Position numbers and translations under genes: made by a program. Source: an uncultured Spirochaetota bacterium (GTDB taxonomy: Bacteria > Spirochaetota > Spirochaetia > SZUA-6 > Fen-1364). From it: a DNA stretch of 64,000 nt. Shown here piece by piece: positions 49,882 through 59,636 of this stretch (position 1 is its first letter; each line of letters begins with the position of its first letter). Location: contig CAWGAA010000001.1 of assembly GCA_963820525.1 (NCBI GenBank), positions 2,112,001 to 2,176,000 on the forward strand, read 5' to 3'. The notes under the pieces were generated by a model, which searched no databases, was not told the origin of the DNA, and saw nothing but the letters and a program-made list of their open reading frames with translations.

Positions 49882-51579
49882 ATGCCGAAAATCGACGTCA
49901 ACGAAAAGCTCTTCTTCCAGACCATCGGGAAGCGCTTCGACCGGACCGAGCTTTCCGAGCTTCTCACCGCGGCCAAGGCGGAGCTGGACGACTGGCAGGA
50001 AGCGGAAGGGGTGCTGCGCATCGAGCTCAACGACACCAACCGCCCCGACCTCTGGTCCACCATGGGGCTCGCCCGCCAGCTCTCCATCTATCTCACGGGG
50101 AAGATACCCTCGTATCCCTTCTTTTCCCGGCAGGGCGCCGCCAAGGAAACGGCGGACAGGCGGGTGGAGGTGGACGCGGGCCTCAAGGATATCCGGCCGT
50201 ACATCGCCTCATTCGTGGCGGAGGGCAAGGAGATCACCGACGCGCTTTTGCGCGAGATCATCCAGTCACAGGAGAAGCTCTGCGGAAACTTCGGAAGGAA
50301 GAGGAAGACCATCGCCATGGGGGTCTCACGGGCGGATCTCATCTCCTGGCCGGTACGCTACTCCGCGGCTGATCCCGACAAGACCCGCTTCGTGCCGCTG
50401 GATTTCACGAGCGCGCTTTCCATGCGCCAGATCCTCGCGGACCACCCAAAGGGGCGGGAATACGGGCCCATCGTGGCCGGCTTTCCGAAGTTCCCCCTCC
50501 TGTCTGACGGCAAAGGCGAGGTCCTCACCTTCCCGCCAGTCATCAACTCGGCCTTTATCGGCGGGGTGCGGGTGGGAGACTCGCGCCTGTTCATCGACCT
50601 CACCGGGCCGGACCTGGATACCATCCTCACCGCCTGCTCCATCGCCGCATGCGATTTCGCGGACATGGGCTTCACGATCCTTCCCGTGAAGGTGGAGTAC
50701 CGCTGCGAAACGCCGTACGGAAAGAGCATCGTCACGCCCTTCTATTTCCAGAAGGAAGTGACGGTGGACGTCGATGCGGCCGAGAGGCGCCTGGGGGATT
50801 CCTTCAGCCCCGAGGAGGCGGCCGGCTACATCAGGAAGATGGGAAACACGGTGCGCGTGGACGGCAGGCGCCTCCTGGTGGCTCCGCCCGAATACAGAAA
50901 CGATTTCATGCACCCCGTTGACGCCGTCGAGGAGATCATGATCGGCCGCGGGATGGACAGCTTCACGCCCGTGATGCCGCGGGATTTCACGGTGGGCCGC
51001 CTCTCCCCCGCCGAGGAGTACGGCCGAAAGGTTCGCGAGATCGTGGTCGGGCTCGGCTACCAGGAGATGATCTACAACTACCTCGGCTCCCGCCGCGACT
51101 TCGTCGACAGAATGTGCATGGGCCAGGAAAGCGTGATCGAGATCGCCAACCCCATGGCGGAGAGCGCCGACGTGGTGAGAAACTCGATCATCCCCAACCT
51201 CCTGGGATCCGAGGCCGTGTCGGCAAACGCCGTCTACCCCCACCGGATCTTCGAGGTGGGAAAGGTGGTGGTGCGTGACGCGGCGGACAACCAGGGCTGC
51301 CGCACGGTGAACAGCCTCGGCCTGTTCTGGGCGGACCGGGAGGTCGGCTTCAACGAAGTGGATTCACACATCCTCACCATCTTCTACTACCTGTCGCTGG
51401 AGCCGAAGCTCGAGCCCGTGGAAGATCCGCGTTTCATCCCGGGAAGGGCGGCGAGAATCCTTCTCAAAGGCAGAAGAGTCGGGATCATGGGAGAGGTCAG
51501 CCCCCAAGTGCTTGAGAACTGGGGCATCACGATGCCCTGCGCCGCGGCGGAGATCGAGCTGGACGCGCTGCAGGAATGA
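49882..51579 (+). CDS. pheT: Phenylalanyl-tRNA synthetase beta subunit, short archaeal type
   Basis: 565 aa; DTNRPDLWS, QEKL...GRKR, PPVINS, P.YR.D..H..D..E, NPM, IFEVG. No tRNA-binding OB or anticodon-binding domain. Confidence 0.95.
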   Translation: MPKIDVNEKLFFQTIGKRFDRTELSELLTAAKAELDDWQEAEGVLRIELNDTNRPDLWSTMGLARQLSIYLTGKIPSYPFFSRQGAAKETADRRVEVDAGLKDIRPYIASFVAEGKEITDALLREIIQSQEKLCGNFGRKRKTIAMGVSRADLISWPVRYSAADPDKTRFVPLDFTSALSMRQILADHPKGREYGPIVAGFPKFPLLSDGKGEVLTFPPVINSAFIGGVRVGDSRLFIDLTGPDLDTILTACSIAACDFADMGFTILPVKVEYRCETPYGKSIVTPFYFQKEVTVDVDAAERRLGDSFSPEEAAGYIRKMGNTVRVDGRRLLVAPPEYRNDFMHPVDAVEEIMIGRGMDSFTPVMPRDFTVGRLSPAEEYGRKVREIVVGLGYQEMIYNYLGSRRDFVDRMCMGQESVIEIANPMAESADVVRNSIIPNLLGSEAVSANAVYPHRIFEVGKVVVRDAADNQGCRTVNSLGLFWADREVGFNEVDSHILTIFYYLSLEPKLEPVEDPRFIPGRAARILLKGRRVGIMGEVSPQVLENWGITMPCAAAEIELDALQE

Positions 51580-51609
51580 ACCGCGCCTGCTCAGGGCGGG
51601 TACGGGCGG

Positions 51610-51687
51610 TTCGCCGGCGGGCGCGGGACATTCGCCGGCAGGCGTGGGACATTCGTCGGCAGGCGTGGGACGTCGTCGGCAGGCGTG
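51610..51687. repeat. Imperfect 21-bp tandem repeat, about 3.7 copies
   Basis: TTCGCCGGCGGGCGCGGGACA / TTCGCCGGCAGGCGTGGGACA / TTCGTCGGCAGGCGTGGGACG / TCGTCGGCAGGCGTG. Confidence 0.9.
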
Positions 51688-51762
51688 CATGGCGCCCCAG
51701 CCGGCGGCGAATATGGAAACGGCCACGCACTGCGGCCGTTTTGTTTTTCACATCGGTATATT

Positions 51763-52086
51763 TCAGGGCTCGCGCCGTTCCATCTCCGCCCTCATGATCA
51801 TCAGCGCGGCCATCATGCGGGGAAAACCGGCGCTGGTCGCCGTGAGAAGGATCGCGTGCTCGATGTCTTCGGGGGTGCACGCCGCCTCCCGGGCCTGCCC
51901 GATATGAAATCGAAGGGCATAGTCGAACTGAGAGGCGGCGGCGATTCCCACCTTGATGAGCGCGCGCTCCCGCTCGGTGAGCGGTCCCCCCTTCTCATGG
52001 ACCGCCTTCGCGAATGCCTCGTAGGAAGCATCGATCTCGGGGTGCCGCCGCTTGAAATAGCTCCAATTCTCCGCACGTGCGTCCAT
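51763..52086 (-). CDS. Carboxymuconolactone decarboxylase (AhpD-like) family protein
   Basis: GPL..RERALIK.GIA, H...A......EDI..A.L....AGFP; RBS GAGGAGG. Confidence 0.88.
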   Translation of the reverse strand: MDARAENWSYFKRRHPEIDASYEAFAKAVHEKGGPLTERERALIKVGIAAASQFDYALRFHIGQAREAACTPEDIEHAILLTATSAGFPRMMAALMIMRAEMERREP

Positions 52087-52256
52087 ACTTTCCTCCTCTC
52101 CAGAACGTACACCCGCGGCGGTGCGACGGGAAGAGGCACGATTGCGGTGAAGGCACGGCGTGGCGCGGAATCCGGCGAAGCTTGGGCGCCTCACCCAGCG
52201 CGCCCTTGTCACCGCCTCCGCCGGCGTGGTTTAATCCTCACTGCGGAGGCAATCTC

Positions 52257-52745
52257 ATGGAGGCGAAAGTGACCGCCGTTCAGCTCTCCTGGCAGGAGGG
52301 AGCGAACATCATCGTGGGCCAGACCCACTTCATCAAGACCGTGGAGGACCTGGCGGAGATCATGAACTCCGCGGTGCCCGGAGTGAAATACGGGCTCGCG
52401 TTCTGTGAAGCGTCAGGCCCCTGCCTGGTGCGCACCGAGGGAAACGACGAGGCGCTTGTCTCCGATGCCGCGCGGGCGGCCCAGGCCGTCGGCGCCGGCC
52501 ACGCCTTTTTCCTCGTGCTGAAGAACGCCTTCCCCATCAACGTCCTCAACCAGATCAAGGGCTGCCAGGAAGTGTGCCGCATCTTCTGCGCCACGGCCAA
52601 CCCCCTTCAGATTCTCGTGGCCTCCACAGCCCAGGGCAATGGGATCGTCGGGGTCATCGACGGCTCGCCGCCCAAGGGCGTGGAAACCGAAAAGGACAGG
52701 GCGGACAGGAAGGCGATGCTTCGAAGGTTCGGGTATAAGTTCTGA
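52257..52745 (+). CDS. Adenosine-specific kinase family protein
   Basis: N.I.GQ.HFIKTVED, AFCEASG, GH.F, FPINVL, CATANP, GVIDG, LR.FGYK. Confidence 0.9.
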   Translation: MEAKVTAVQLSWQEGANIIVGQTHFIKTVEDLAEIMNSAVPGVKYGLAFCEASGPCLVRTEGNDEALVSDAARAAQAVGAGHAFFLVLKNAFPINVLNQIKGCQEVCRIFCATANPLQILVASTAQGNGIVGVIDGSPPKGVETEKDRADRKAMLRRFGYKF

Positions 52746-52801
52746 AAAACTCGGGCATCGCAGGCTCGGGGGGCGCGACCTTCGCGGCCAAGGCGGCACG
52801 G

Positions 52802-53182
52802 GTGCTCCTCATCCTCCTGGGCGTCACCATCCTCGTGCTCTCCCTCACCCCGCGGGCGATACGCCTCCCGCACGAATTCCGCTTCGAGGACAAGCTGGAG
52901 CATCTGATCTCGTACATCGCCCTCGGCGCCTGCATGATGCTGGCGGTGAACCGCAGGGGCGTGCTGCCGTGCCTGATCGTCATTGCGCTGTGCTCCGCAT
53001 ACGGGGGAGCGATAGAGATCGTTCAACCGATCGTGGGGCGCACCAGGGACATCTGGGATTTCATGGCCGATCTTTCAGGGGCGGCCTTCGGAGCGATTAT
53101 CATCGTGCTCCTGCGCGCCGGACAGAGACGGCGAGGTGAGGGGGGAACCCCCCCGCGCGGGGACGCGAAGCCCTCGGGATAG
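52802..53182 (+). CDS. VanZ family membrane protein
   Basis: DK..H...Y, YG..IE..Q...GR...WD..AD..G. Confidence 0.85.
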   Translation: MLLILLGVTILVLSLTPRAIRLPHEFRFEDKLEHLISYIALGACMMLAVNRRGVLPCLIVIALCSAYGGAIEIVQPIVGRTRDIWDFMADLSGAAFGAIIIVLLRAGQRRRGEGGTPPRGDAKPSG

Positions 53183-53235
53183 ATTGCGATGCGCGGCCGT
53201 CTCGCACCCATCAGAGGGGCTGAAAGTGATTCTTC

Positions 53236-54129
53236 TCATGTGTTTCTCTTTTCTCCCCGTGATGAAATATATATTCCGGCGAGGATGAGCCCCGCGCCCG
53301 CCGCCTTGACGGCGGAAGGGACCTCGGAAAGAAGCGGAATCGCGATGAGGGTGGCGCCGATGGGCTCTGCGAGAAGCGTCACCGTCACGAAGGTCGCGGA
53401 GACATACTTCAGGGCCCAGTTGTACGAGGTGTGTCCGATGAGCTGCGGCCCCACGGCGAGAAGCGCCACGAGCAGGTACCCCATCGCCGGGTATCCCAGG
53501 AAGCGCGCCCCGCTGATCGCCGCAAGGCTCACGAGCACCGCCGCGGCAATGGCGTAGACGATGCCCGTATACGCAAGAAGCGACATGCCCTTCCTCAACG
53601 CCCGCCCGAAAAGGAGATACCCGGAAACGGCAGCGGCGCCGAGGAGCGCAAGGATGTCTCCCCGCGCGCTTGCGGCGCCCGGGCGGCCGAGGTCCGAGAG
53701 TGCAATGACCAGTGCTCCCGCCACGGCCGCCGCGATCCCGGCGATGGTCCAGCGCGTGAGCGGCTCGCGGAGGATCAGCAGGGAGGCAAGTCCGACAAAC
53801 AGCGGGTTGGTGCTGACGAGCACGACGGAGCTCATCACGGACGTGTATTGAAGGGAGGAGATCCAGAAGGCGAAATGGAGGGCGAGGAGCAGCCCTGAGG
53901 CGAGGAGGCGAAGGGCGTCATGGAGGGTGATGCGGAGGATCTCAGCCCTGGCGCGCACGACGGCCAGGGGCAGGAGGATGACGGCTGAGAACGCGAGGCG
54001 GAGCGCCGCAATGACCAGGGGCGGCACTCCCTGGCGCAGGGCGAAGGAGATGAGGATTGCGGCCGAGGAAACGGCCAGCACCCCGGCCGCCAGAACGAGG
54101 TATCGTTTGAGCCCGAGCTGCCCTCCCAT
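53236..54129 (-). CDS. DMT/EamA family transporter
   Basis: About 10 TM helices; LALHF..WI.SL..TSV, PQLIGHT.YNW, EPIGA. Start placed at MGGQL. Confidence 0.92.
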   Translation of the reverse strand: MGGQLGLKRYLVLAAGVLAVSSAAILISFALRQGVPPLVIAALRLAFSAVILLPLAVVRARAEILRITLHDALRLLASGLLLALHFAFWISSLQYTSVMSSVVLVSTNPLFVGLASLLILREPLTRWTIAGIAAAVAGALVIALSDLGRPGAASARGDILALLGAAAVSGYLLFGRALRKGMSLLAYTGIVYAIAAAVLVSLAAISGARFLGYPAMGYLLVALLAVGPQLIGHTSYNWALKYVSATFVTVTLLAEPIGATLIAIPLLSEVPSAVKAAGAGLILAGIYISSRGEKRNT

Positions 54130-54253
54130 GGGGGAATCATACACCGTCGGGAGCCGATCGAAGAAGCGGCATCCACCGGCAAACGGTGTCGACGGCGGCG
54201 ACAATCCTCCGCACGGTCCTCTGCGCCGCGGCGGAAGAGTATATTCTGCATAG

Positions 54254-55633
54254 ATGGAAAGCATGCTCGTCATTGAAGCGGATCGGGCGCTCACCACGCG
54301 GCTCGCCCATTTCTTCGGGGCGCAGGGCCACATCGTGGAGACCGCCCCGGACCAGGCGTCCGCCATCCGCAAGATCGAGCAGCACAGCTTCGAGATCGTC
54401 ATCGCGGACTCAAAGACCGTGGGAGCCGGAATGGAGGGGCTCCTCCTCGCGCTGGCGAGCAGGACCTCCCACTCGGTCACCATCGTCATGTGCGAGCCCG
54501 AAAGGATCGACGAGGCCATCCACGCCATCCGCGAAGGGGCCGCGGATTTCATCCAGAAGCCGGTCAACCTCGCCGCGCTGGACATCAAGGTGAGCAAGGG
54601 AATCGAGCTGATGCGGCTGGCGCACGAGCGGCAGGTCCTGCGGGGAGATCAGGATTTCATCTACCGGACCACGAACTTCGTCGGCCAGAGCCCCGCCATC
54701 CGCAAGGTGCTCGACCTTGTGGAGAAGGTGGCCAAGAGCAGCTCCAGCGTGGTCCTCCTGGGCGAGACGGGGACGGGCAAGGAGCTTCTCGCCGGCGCCA
54801 TCCACTTCAACAGCCTCAGATCGGCCCACGCCTTCGTCAAGGTCAACTGCGCGACGCTGCCCGACACGCTCCTGGAGAGCGAGCTCTTCGGACACGAGAG
54901 GGGAGCGTTCACGGGGGCGGAGAAGACGCGGATCGGACGCTTCGAGCAGGCGAACGGCGGAACGATATTCCTGGACGAGATCGCCGACATCAGCCCTCCC
55001 ATCCAGTCGAAACTCCTGCGGGTCCTCCAGGAGAAGGAGTTCGAGCGGCTGGGAAGCAACCGGACGATCAGCGTCGATGTCAGGGTCATCTCCGCCACGA
55101 ACAAGGACCTCTCGCGCGAGATCGAGGCAGGGCGGTTCCGGACCGACCTCTTCTATCGACTCAACGTCGTGAGCATTCCGATTCCCCCGCTGCGCGAACG
55201 CGAGGGGGATGTCGGGCTTCTGGCCATGCATTTCCTGCGCAAATTCGCCACGGACATGAAAAAGAAGGTGACGGAAATCGACGCCGAAGCGATGCGCTTC
55301 TTGATCGAATACTGGTGGCCGGGGAACATCAGGGAGTTGAAGAACACGATAGAGAGGGCCGTGATCATGGCGGACTCGGATACCATCACCCAGGCCGACA
55401 TCAGCCTTCCTTTCCTGAGACCCGGCCCGCCGGAGGCTCCCAGCCCCGATGGATTCCCGCCGGCGGGAATGAAGTGGGAGGAAATGGAAAAGGGGCTCAT
55501 CGTGAAAGCGCTCGAAAAGGGCGGCTGGATACAGAAGGAAGCGGCCAAAATTCTGGGCCTGTCGACTCGAGTCCTCAATTACAAGATCAAGAAATTCGGC
55601 ATCACTCACCCCAGCTGGAGACAGAACAGATAG
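54254..55633 (+). CDS. Sigma54-dependent NtrC-family activator (REC-AAA+-HTH)
   Basis: GETGTGKE, ELFGHERGAFTGA, LDEI, FR.DL.YRL, WPGNIREL, C-terminal HTH. Confidence 0.95.
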   Translation: MESMLVIEADRALTTRLAHFFGAQGHIVETAPDQASAIRKIEQHSFEIVIADSKTVGAGMEGLLLALASRTSHSVTIVMCEPERIDEAIHAIREGAADFIQKPVNLAALDIKVSKGIELMRLAHERQVLRGDQDFIYRTTNFVGQSPAIRKVLDLVEKVAKSSSSVVLLGETGTGKELLAGAIHFNSLRSAHAFVKVNCATLPDTLLESELFGHERGAFTGAEKTRIGRFEQANGGTIFLDEIADISPPIQSKLLRVLQEKEFERLGSNRTISVDVRVISATNKDLSREIEAGRFRTDLFYRLNVVSIPIPPLREREGDVGLLAMHFLRKFATDMKKKVTEIDAEAMRFLIEYWWPGNIRELKNTIERAVIMADSDTITQADISLPFLRPGPPEAPSPDGFPPAGMKWEEMEKGLIVKALEKGGWIQKEAAKILGLSTRVLNYKIKKFGITHPSWRQNR

Positions 55634-55644
55634 AGAATAATCCC

Positions 55645-55660
55645 GTAACGAATTACGGTA
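55645..55660. promoter_or_regulatory. Candidate upstream activator site (palindrome)
   Basis: CCGTAA-CGAA-TTACGG about 110 bp upstream of the -24 element, followed by an AT-rich tract. Confidence 0.5.
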
Positions 55661-55767
55661 ATCGGTTACGAATTTGAAATCTCTGGTCTAACCTGAGACC
55701 ACATAGCAAAAAAGAATACTTCACCTAATTCCTTACTATATAAATCTTTATTTTCTCTATTTCGTGG

Positions 55768-55784
55768 TTGGCATGCTTCATGCC
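55768..55784 (+). promoter_or_regulatory. Sigma54 (-24/-12) promoter
   Basis: TTGGCATGCTTCATGC: GG 55770-71 and GC 55782-83 separated by exactly 10 nt; RBS AAGGAGG downstream. Confidence 0.75.
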
Positions 55785-55815
55785 TAATATCTGCGGCCTG
55801 GGAAAGGAGGCGAAA

Positions 55816-56808
55816 ATGGCACCGCAGAAAGCATGCCGAACCATAGCGACGCGCGTCGTCATGCTCCCCGCTCTTCTTCTTATGGTCGCCTCCTGCAATC
55901 TGCCGGGGCTCTTTGGTCCACAAGAGAGCATCGGCGCGCTCGATCTCACGATTGGAGATGCCTCAGCGCGGACGCTCATCCCCGGCTTCGATATGACTCC
56001 GGCAAGCTTCGTCATTTCCGGGTCCGGTCCACGGGGCAAGAGCTTCTCCAGGACGAGCACGTCGACGAGCGTTCAGATCAACGGACTTGCCACCGGCCAG
56101 TGGAGCGTGAGCGTGACGGTGAAAAATGCTTCAGCCGCGGCAATCGGCCAGGGCACGGGCTCCGTTTCGATCAGCAACAACCAGAGAGCCAGGCTCACGG
56201 TTGCCGTCGCCCCCTTTGCGGGAAACGGAGCCCTGCACCTTTCCGTTTCCTGGACGCCGGCCAATCTCATTGCACCTTCGGTCTCGGCCCAGCTCCTCCC
56301 CGCGTCGGGATCTCCGATCCCCCTTGCCTTCGTCATGGGCCCCGGGAGCGCAAGCTCCGACACGGGCGGCATTCCCGCCGGCTACTACACCCTCACGCTC
56401 CAGCTCCTGGACAACGACGCGCCGGTCACCGGCGCCGTGGAGGTGGTGAGGATCGTAGAGGGGCAGACGACTTCAGGCTCCTTCGACTTCACGCAGGCCG
56501 CCGGTGACGGAGGCGGGGCAATCTCCGTGGCAATCGCCGCCGAGGCGAGTGATCCGCTTTCCGTGACCGTGACGGGACAGGCTCTGGAGCTGAGCGCCGG
56601 CGCCGGCATGACCGTCACGGCCGCAGCAAGCGGATATTCGGGAAACGCGACCTACATCTGGTATCTCAACGGCCAACCGGAGTCAACCGGGGCCAGCCTG
56701 ACGCTAGGGAGCGCGCTCCCCGCGGGGATCTATCGGCTCGACGTGACGGCTTTCAGCGCGTACGGGATTCGCGCGGGAGCGGCCACGCTCGCTTTCACCG
56801 TGTCCTAG
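55816..56808 (+). CDS. Putative lipoprotein with beta-sandwich (Ig-like) domains
   Basis: RBS AAGGAGG; signal ending VASC; Ser/Thr/Gly-rich beta strands; paralogous to the next gene. Confidence 0.82.
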   Translation: MAPQKACRTIATRVVMLPALLLMVASCNLPGLFGPQESIGALDLTIGDASARTLIPGFDMTPASFVISGSGPRGKSFSRTSTSTSVQINGLATGQWSVSVTVKNASAAAIGQGTGSVSISNNQRARLTVAVAPFAGNGALHLSVSWTPANLIAPSVSAQLLPASGSPIPLAFVMGPGSASSDTGGIPAGYYTLTLQLLDNDAPVTGAVEVVRIVEGQTTSGSFDFTQAAGDGGGAISVAIAAEASDPLSVTVTGQALELSAGAGMTVTAAASGYSGNATYIWYLNGQPESTGASLTLGSALPAGIYRLDVTAFSAYGIRAGAATLAFTVS

Positions 56809-56837
56809 ACGCGGTTATCACCTGGAGGAATACGAAG

Positions 56838-58103
56838 ATGGAGTATTCAAGCAATCAGAACGGAAATACGCGCACGGGGATTCGTGGAAAGAGCGTACTC
56901 GCCCTGGCGGGGATCATCCTCCTGGCGGCGGCCGTCGGCCTGCTCGGCTCGTGCTCTCCGATCGGGCTGGGCCCCGGGATGGGCTCCCTGGAGATCCGAA
57001 TCGCGGCGGATAACGCGAAGACCCTCACCCCGCCCATCGACATGACGACCGCCAGCTACGTCGTCTCCGGAACCGGGCCGAACGCCGGCACTTTCTCCAC
57101 GACCGTCACGGGCTCTTCGGCCACGGTATCGGGGCTCGCAGTGGGCGCATGGACCGTGAGCGTCGATGGGAAAAACGCCGCCGGAACATTCATCACCCAT
57201 GGGTCCGCAACCACGCAGGTGAGCACGGGAAGCACGCAGAGCGTGAGCGTGTCCGTTGCGCCAATCGCGGGCCTGGGGTCCCTCGGCCTGGCGGTGAGCT
57301 GGCCGGCGGCGCAGGTTCCCACGCCGCAGATCCAGGCGCAGCTCCTTCCGGCATCGGGCAGCGCCGTCACCCTTGTCTTCTCGGCGCCGCAGAACGGCTC
57401 CTCGTCGAGCTCGACGAGCGGTCTTCAGAACGGGTACTATACCCTCACCCTCCAGCTCCTGGACAACGGGCAGCTTCTCATGGGGGCGGTTGAGGTCGTG
57501 AGGATCGTGAAGGACCAGACGACAAGCGGGACCTTCGCCTTCTCCAACATAAACACCGGCAAAGGGGGCATCAAGGTCAACATCACGCCCCTCCTCGCGG
57601 ACCCGATCACCGTGACAATCAGCGGCCAGCAGGCCGAGATCGGCACCGGTGTGCCCCTCACGGTCACCGGCTCCGTGCCCGCGGGCACGGCCAACGTGAC
57701 CTACGTGTGGTACATCAACGCAGCGGCCAAGGGCACGGGCTCAAGCTTCACCTTCAACAGCTCGACCAGTCCTCTGGCTGCCGGGTACTACAGGCTTGAC
57801 GTGACGGCCTTCACCTCCGACGGGCTTCGCGCGGGGTCCGCCACCTGTTCCCTGAAGGTGGATGCTGTCGCACCCGTTGCCCTTACGTGGAACGCGAACG
57901 CGGAGGGCGATCTTGCCGGGTACAAGTTGTACATAGGAACGACATCGGGAACCTACGGGGCGCCGACGGATGTGGGACTGAACGTCACGGCGACGGTGCC
58001 GGGAATGGTGTGCGGGTGCACCTATTACTTCGTCGTGACCGCGTACAACAGCTCCGGGATGGAAAGCGCGAAATCGACCGAGCTGGCCTACACAATTCCC
58101 TAG
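56838..58103 (+). CDS. Putative lipoprotein, Ig-like domains plus a C-terminal fibronectin type III domain
   Basis: Signal ending LGSC; FN3 signature LTWNAN.E.DLAGYKLY.G..SG.Y...YYFVVTAYN..G.ES. Confidence 0.87.
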   Translation: MEYSSNQNGNTRTGIRGKSVLALAGIILLAAAVGLLGSCSPIGLGPGMGSLEIRIAADNAKTLTPPIDMTTASYVVSGTGPNAGTFSTTVTGSSATVSGLAVGAWTVSVDGKNAAGTFITHGSATTQVSTGSTQSVSVSVAPIAGLGSLGLAVSWPAAQVPTPQIQAQLLPASGSAVTLVFSAPQNGSSSSSTSGLQNGYYTLTLQLLDNGQLLMGAVEVVRIVKDQTTSGTFAFSNINTGKGGIKVNITPLLADPITVTISGQQAEIGTGVPLTVTGSVPAGTANVTYVWYINAAAKGTGSSFTFNSSTSPLAAGYYRLDVTAFTSDGLRAGSATCSLKVDAVAPVALTWNANAEGDLAGYKLYIGTTSGTYGAPTDVGLNVTATVPGMVCGCTYYFVVTAYNSSGMESAKSTELAYTIP

Positions 58104-58148
58104 GGCCGTCCGTGGACTGAGGCGACGAGCGCGGCGACCGCTCGAGAG

Positions 58149-58183
58149 GGCCGCGCAACCCACCGGTTGCGCGGCCTTTTTTT
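58149..58183 (+). terminator. Rho-independent terminator
   Basis: 12-bp stem GGCCGCGCAACC/GGTTGCGCGGCC, 4-nt loop, 7 T. Confidence 0.9.
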
Positions 58184-58415
58184 CCCTCGCGGCACCAAGA
58201 GGATTTGTCGATCATTCTCAAACGTTGCTACATTTCTCCAAGGAAGGTTGGGAAGACAAAAAGAAGATGGCAGAAAACAAAAAGTTCGCGCATGGGCGCT
58301 TCACCATCCTTCCCCACATTAGGATGTCCAGCAGGGCTCGCGATCAGGGAGGACCGGAATGCCGTTTATTCGGCCGGTCTCTCCGTGGCCGGCCGCGCTG
58401 AGAAGAAAAAACACT

Positions 58416-59636
58416 ATGCAAAACTCATCCAGAGATCTCCCCCGCACGCTTTATAACGTGGGAGCCTTGGTCGCCGGAGGCGACTACCAGGGTCTCGGCA
58501 TCGTCCGCAGCCTCGGGCGCCAGGGCCTGCCCGTCTGCGTGATCGATGACGAGCCCTCCATCTCCCGCTTCTCGCGATACACGTCCCGCTATCTTCGTCT
58601 AGACGACATGCGTGATCCCGACCGTATCGTGGAAAGCGTTCTTTCGATCGGCCGCAAGCACGCTCTCCACGGATGGGTCCTCTATCCCACCCGGGACGAG
58701 ATCGTCGCCGCATTCTCCCGCCGCCGCGAGGAGCTTTCCGAGATCTATCGAGTGCCGACGCCGGGCTGGAACACCGTGAAAGCGGCATGGGACAAGCGCC
58801 AGACCTATGCCATCGCCTGCGAGCTGGGCATTCCCACCCCGCGAACGCAGTTCGCCAGTGACGCCCTCGCCCTGTCCCGGCAGGTCGTCGAGATGCCGGT
58901 GGCGCTCAAGCCCGCCATCAAGGAGCACTTCATCTACACTACGCGGGTAAAGGCGCTCCGCGCCGACAGCCGGGAAGAGCTCGAGGCGCTCTATGACCGG
59001 GTCTGCACCGTCATCCCGGGGGACGAGGTGTTGCTCCAGGAGCTGATCCCGGGAAGCGGTGAGAGCCAGTTCAGCTACTGCACCTTCTTCAAGAACGGCG
59101 CGCCGCTGGCTAAGATGACGGCCCGCCGCGTCCGCCAGCACCCCATGGATTTCGGCCGTTCCAGCACGTACGTGGAGACCGTTGAAATACCGGAGATCGA
59201 GGGCCCCTCGGAGCGGTTCCTCTCCGCCATCGACTACTATGGCCTTGCGGAGCTCGAGTACAAGTACGACGCGCGCGACCGGCAGTACAAGCTTCTGGAC
59301 GTGAACCTTCGCACATGGGGCTACCATTCGATCGGCAGGCGGGCCGGGGTGGACTTCCCCTACCTGCTGTTCCGCGATCAGATGGGCGAAGAGGTGGAGC
59401 CGTGCCGCGCCGAGACGGGAATCCGCTGGATCCGCATTTCAACGGACCTTCCCACGGCCCTGGGAGAGGTCCTCCGCGGCCGCATGGCCATGCGGGCGTT
59501 TCTCCGCAGCCTCAAGGGGCTCAACATCGAGGCCGTTTTCGAGCGCGGGGACCTGCTCCCCGCGTTTGCCGAGTTCCTGCACCTGCCGTACCTGTACCGC
59601 ACGCGCGGCACGAGCGGCTGGGGGAAGGAGAAGTGA
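58416..59636 (+). CDS. ATP-grasp carboxylate-amine ligase (D-aspartate ligase-like)
   Basis: LGIVRSLGR, SRY, PTRD, DK, GIPTP.T, LKPA, LQELIPG, E.E.K.D.RD..YKLLD.N.R. Confidence 0.87.
   Translation: MQNSSRDLPRTLYNVGALVAGGDYQGLGIVRSLGRQGLPVCVIDDEPSISRFSRYTSRYLRLDDMRDPDRIVESVLSIGRKHALHGWVLYPTRDEIVAAFSRRREELSEIYRVPTPGWNTVKAAWDKRQTYAIACELGIPTPRTQFASDALALSRQVVEMPVALKPAIKEHFIYTTRVKALRADSREELEALYDRVCTVIPGDEVLLQELIPGSGESQFSYCTFFKNGAPLAKMTARRVRQHPMDFGRSSTYVETVEIPEIEGPSERFLSAIDYYGLAELEYKYDARDRQYKLLDVNLRTWGYHSIGRRAGVDFPYLLFRDQMGEEVEPCRAETGIRWIRISTDLPTALGEVLRGRMAMRAFLRSLKGLNIEAVFERGDLLPAFAEFLHLPYLYRTRGTSGWGKEK

Noticed and set aside
51610..51687. Possible CRISPR array
   Set aside because: Units abut with no unique spacers, and there are no cas genes in the window.
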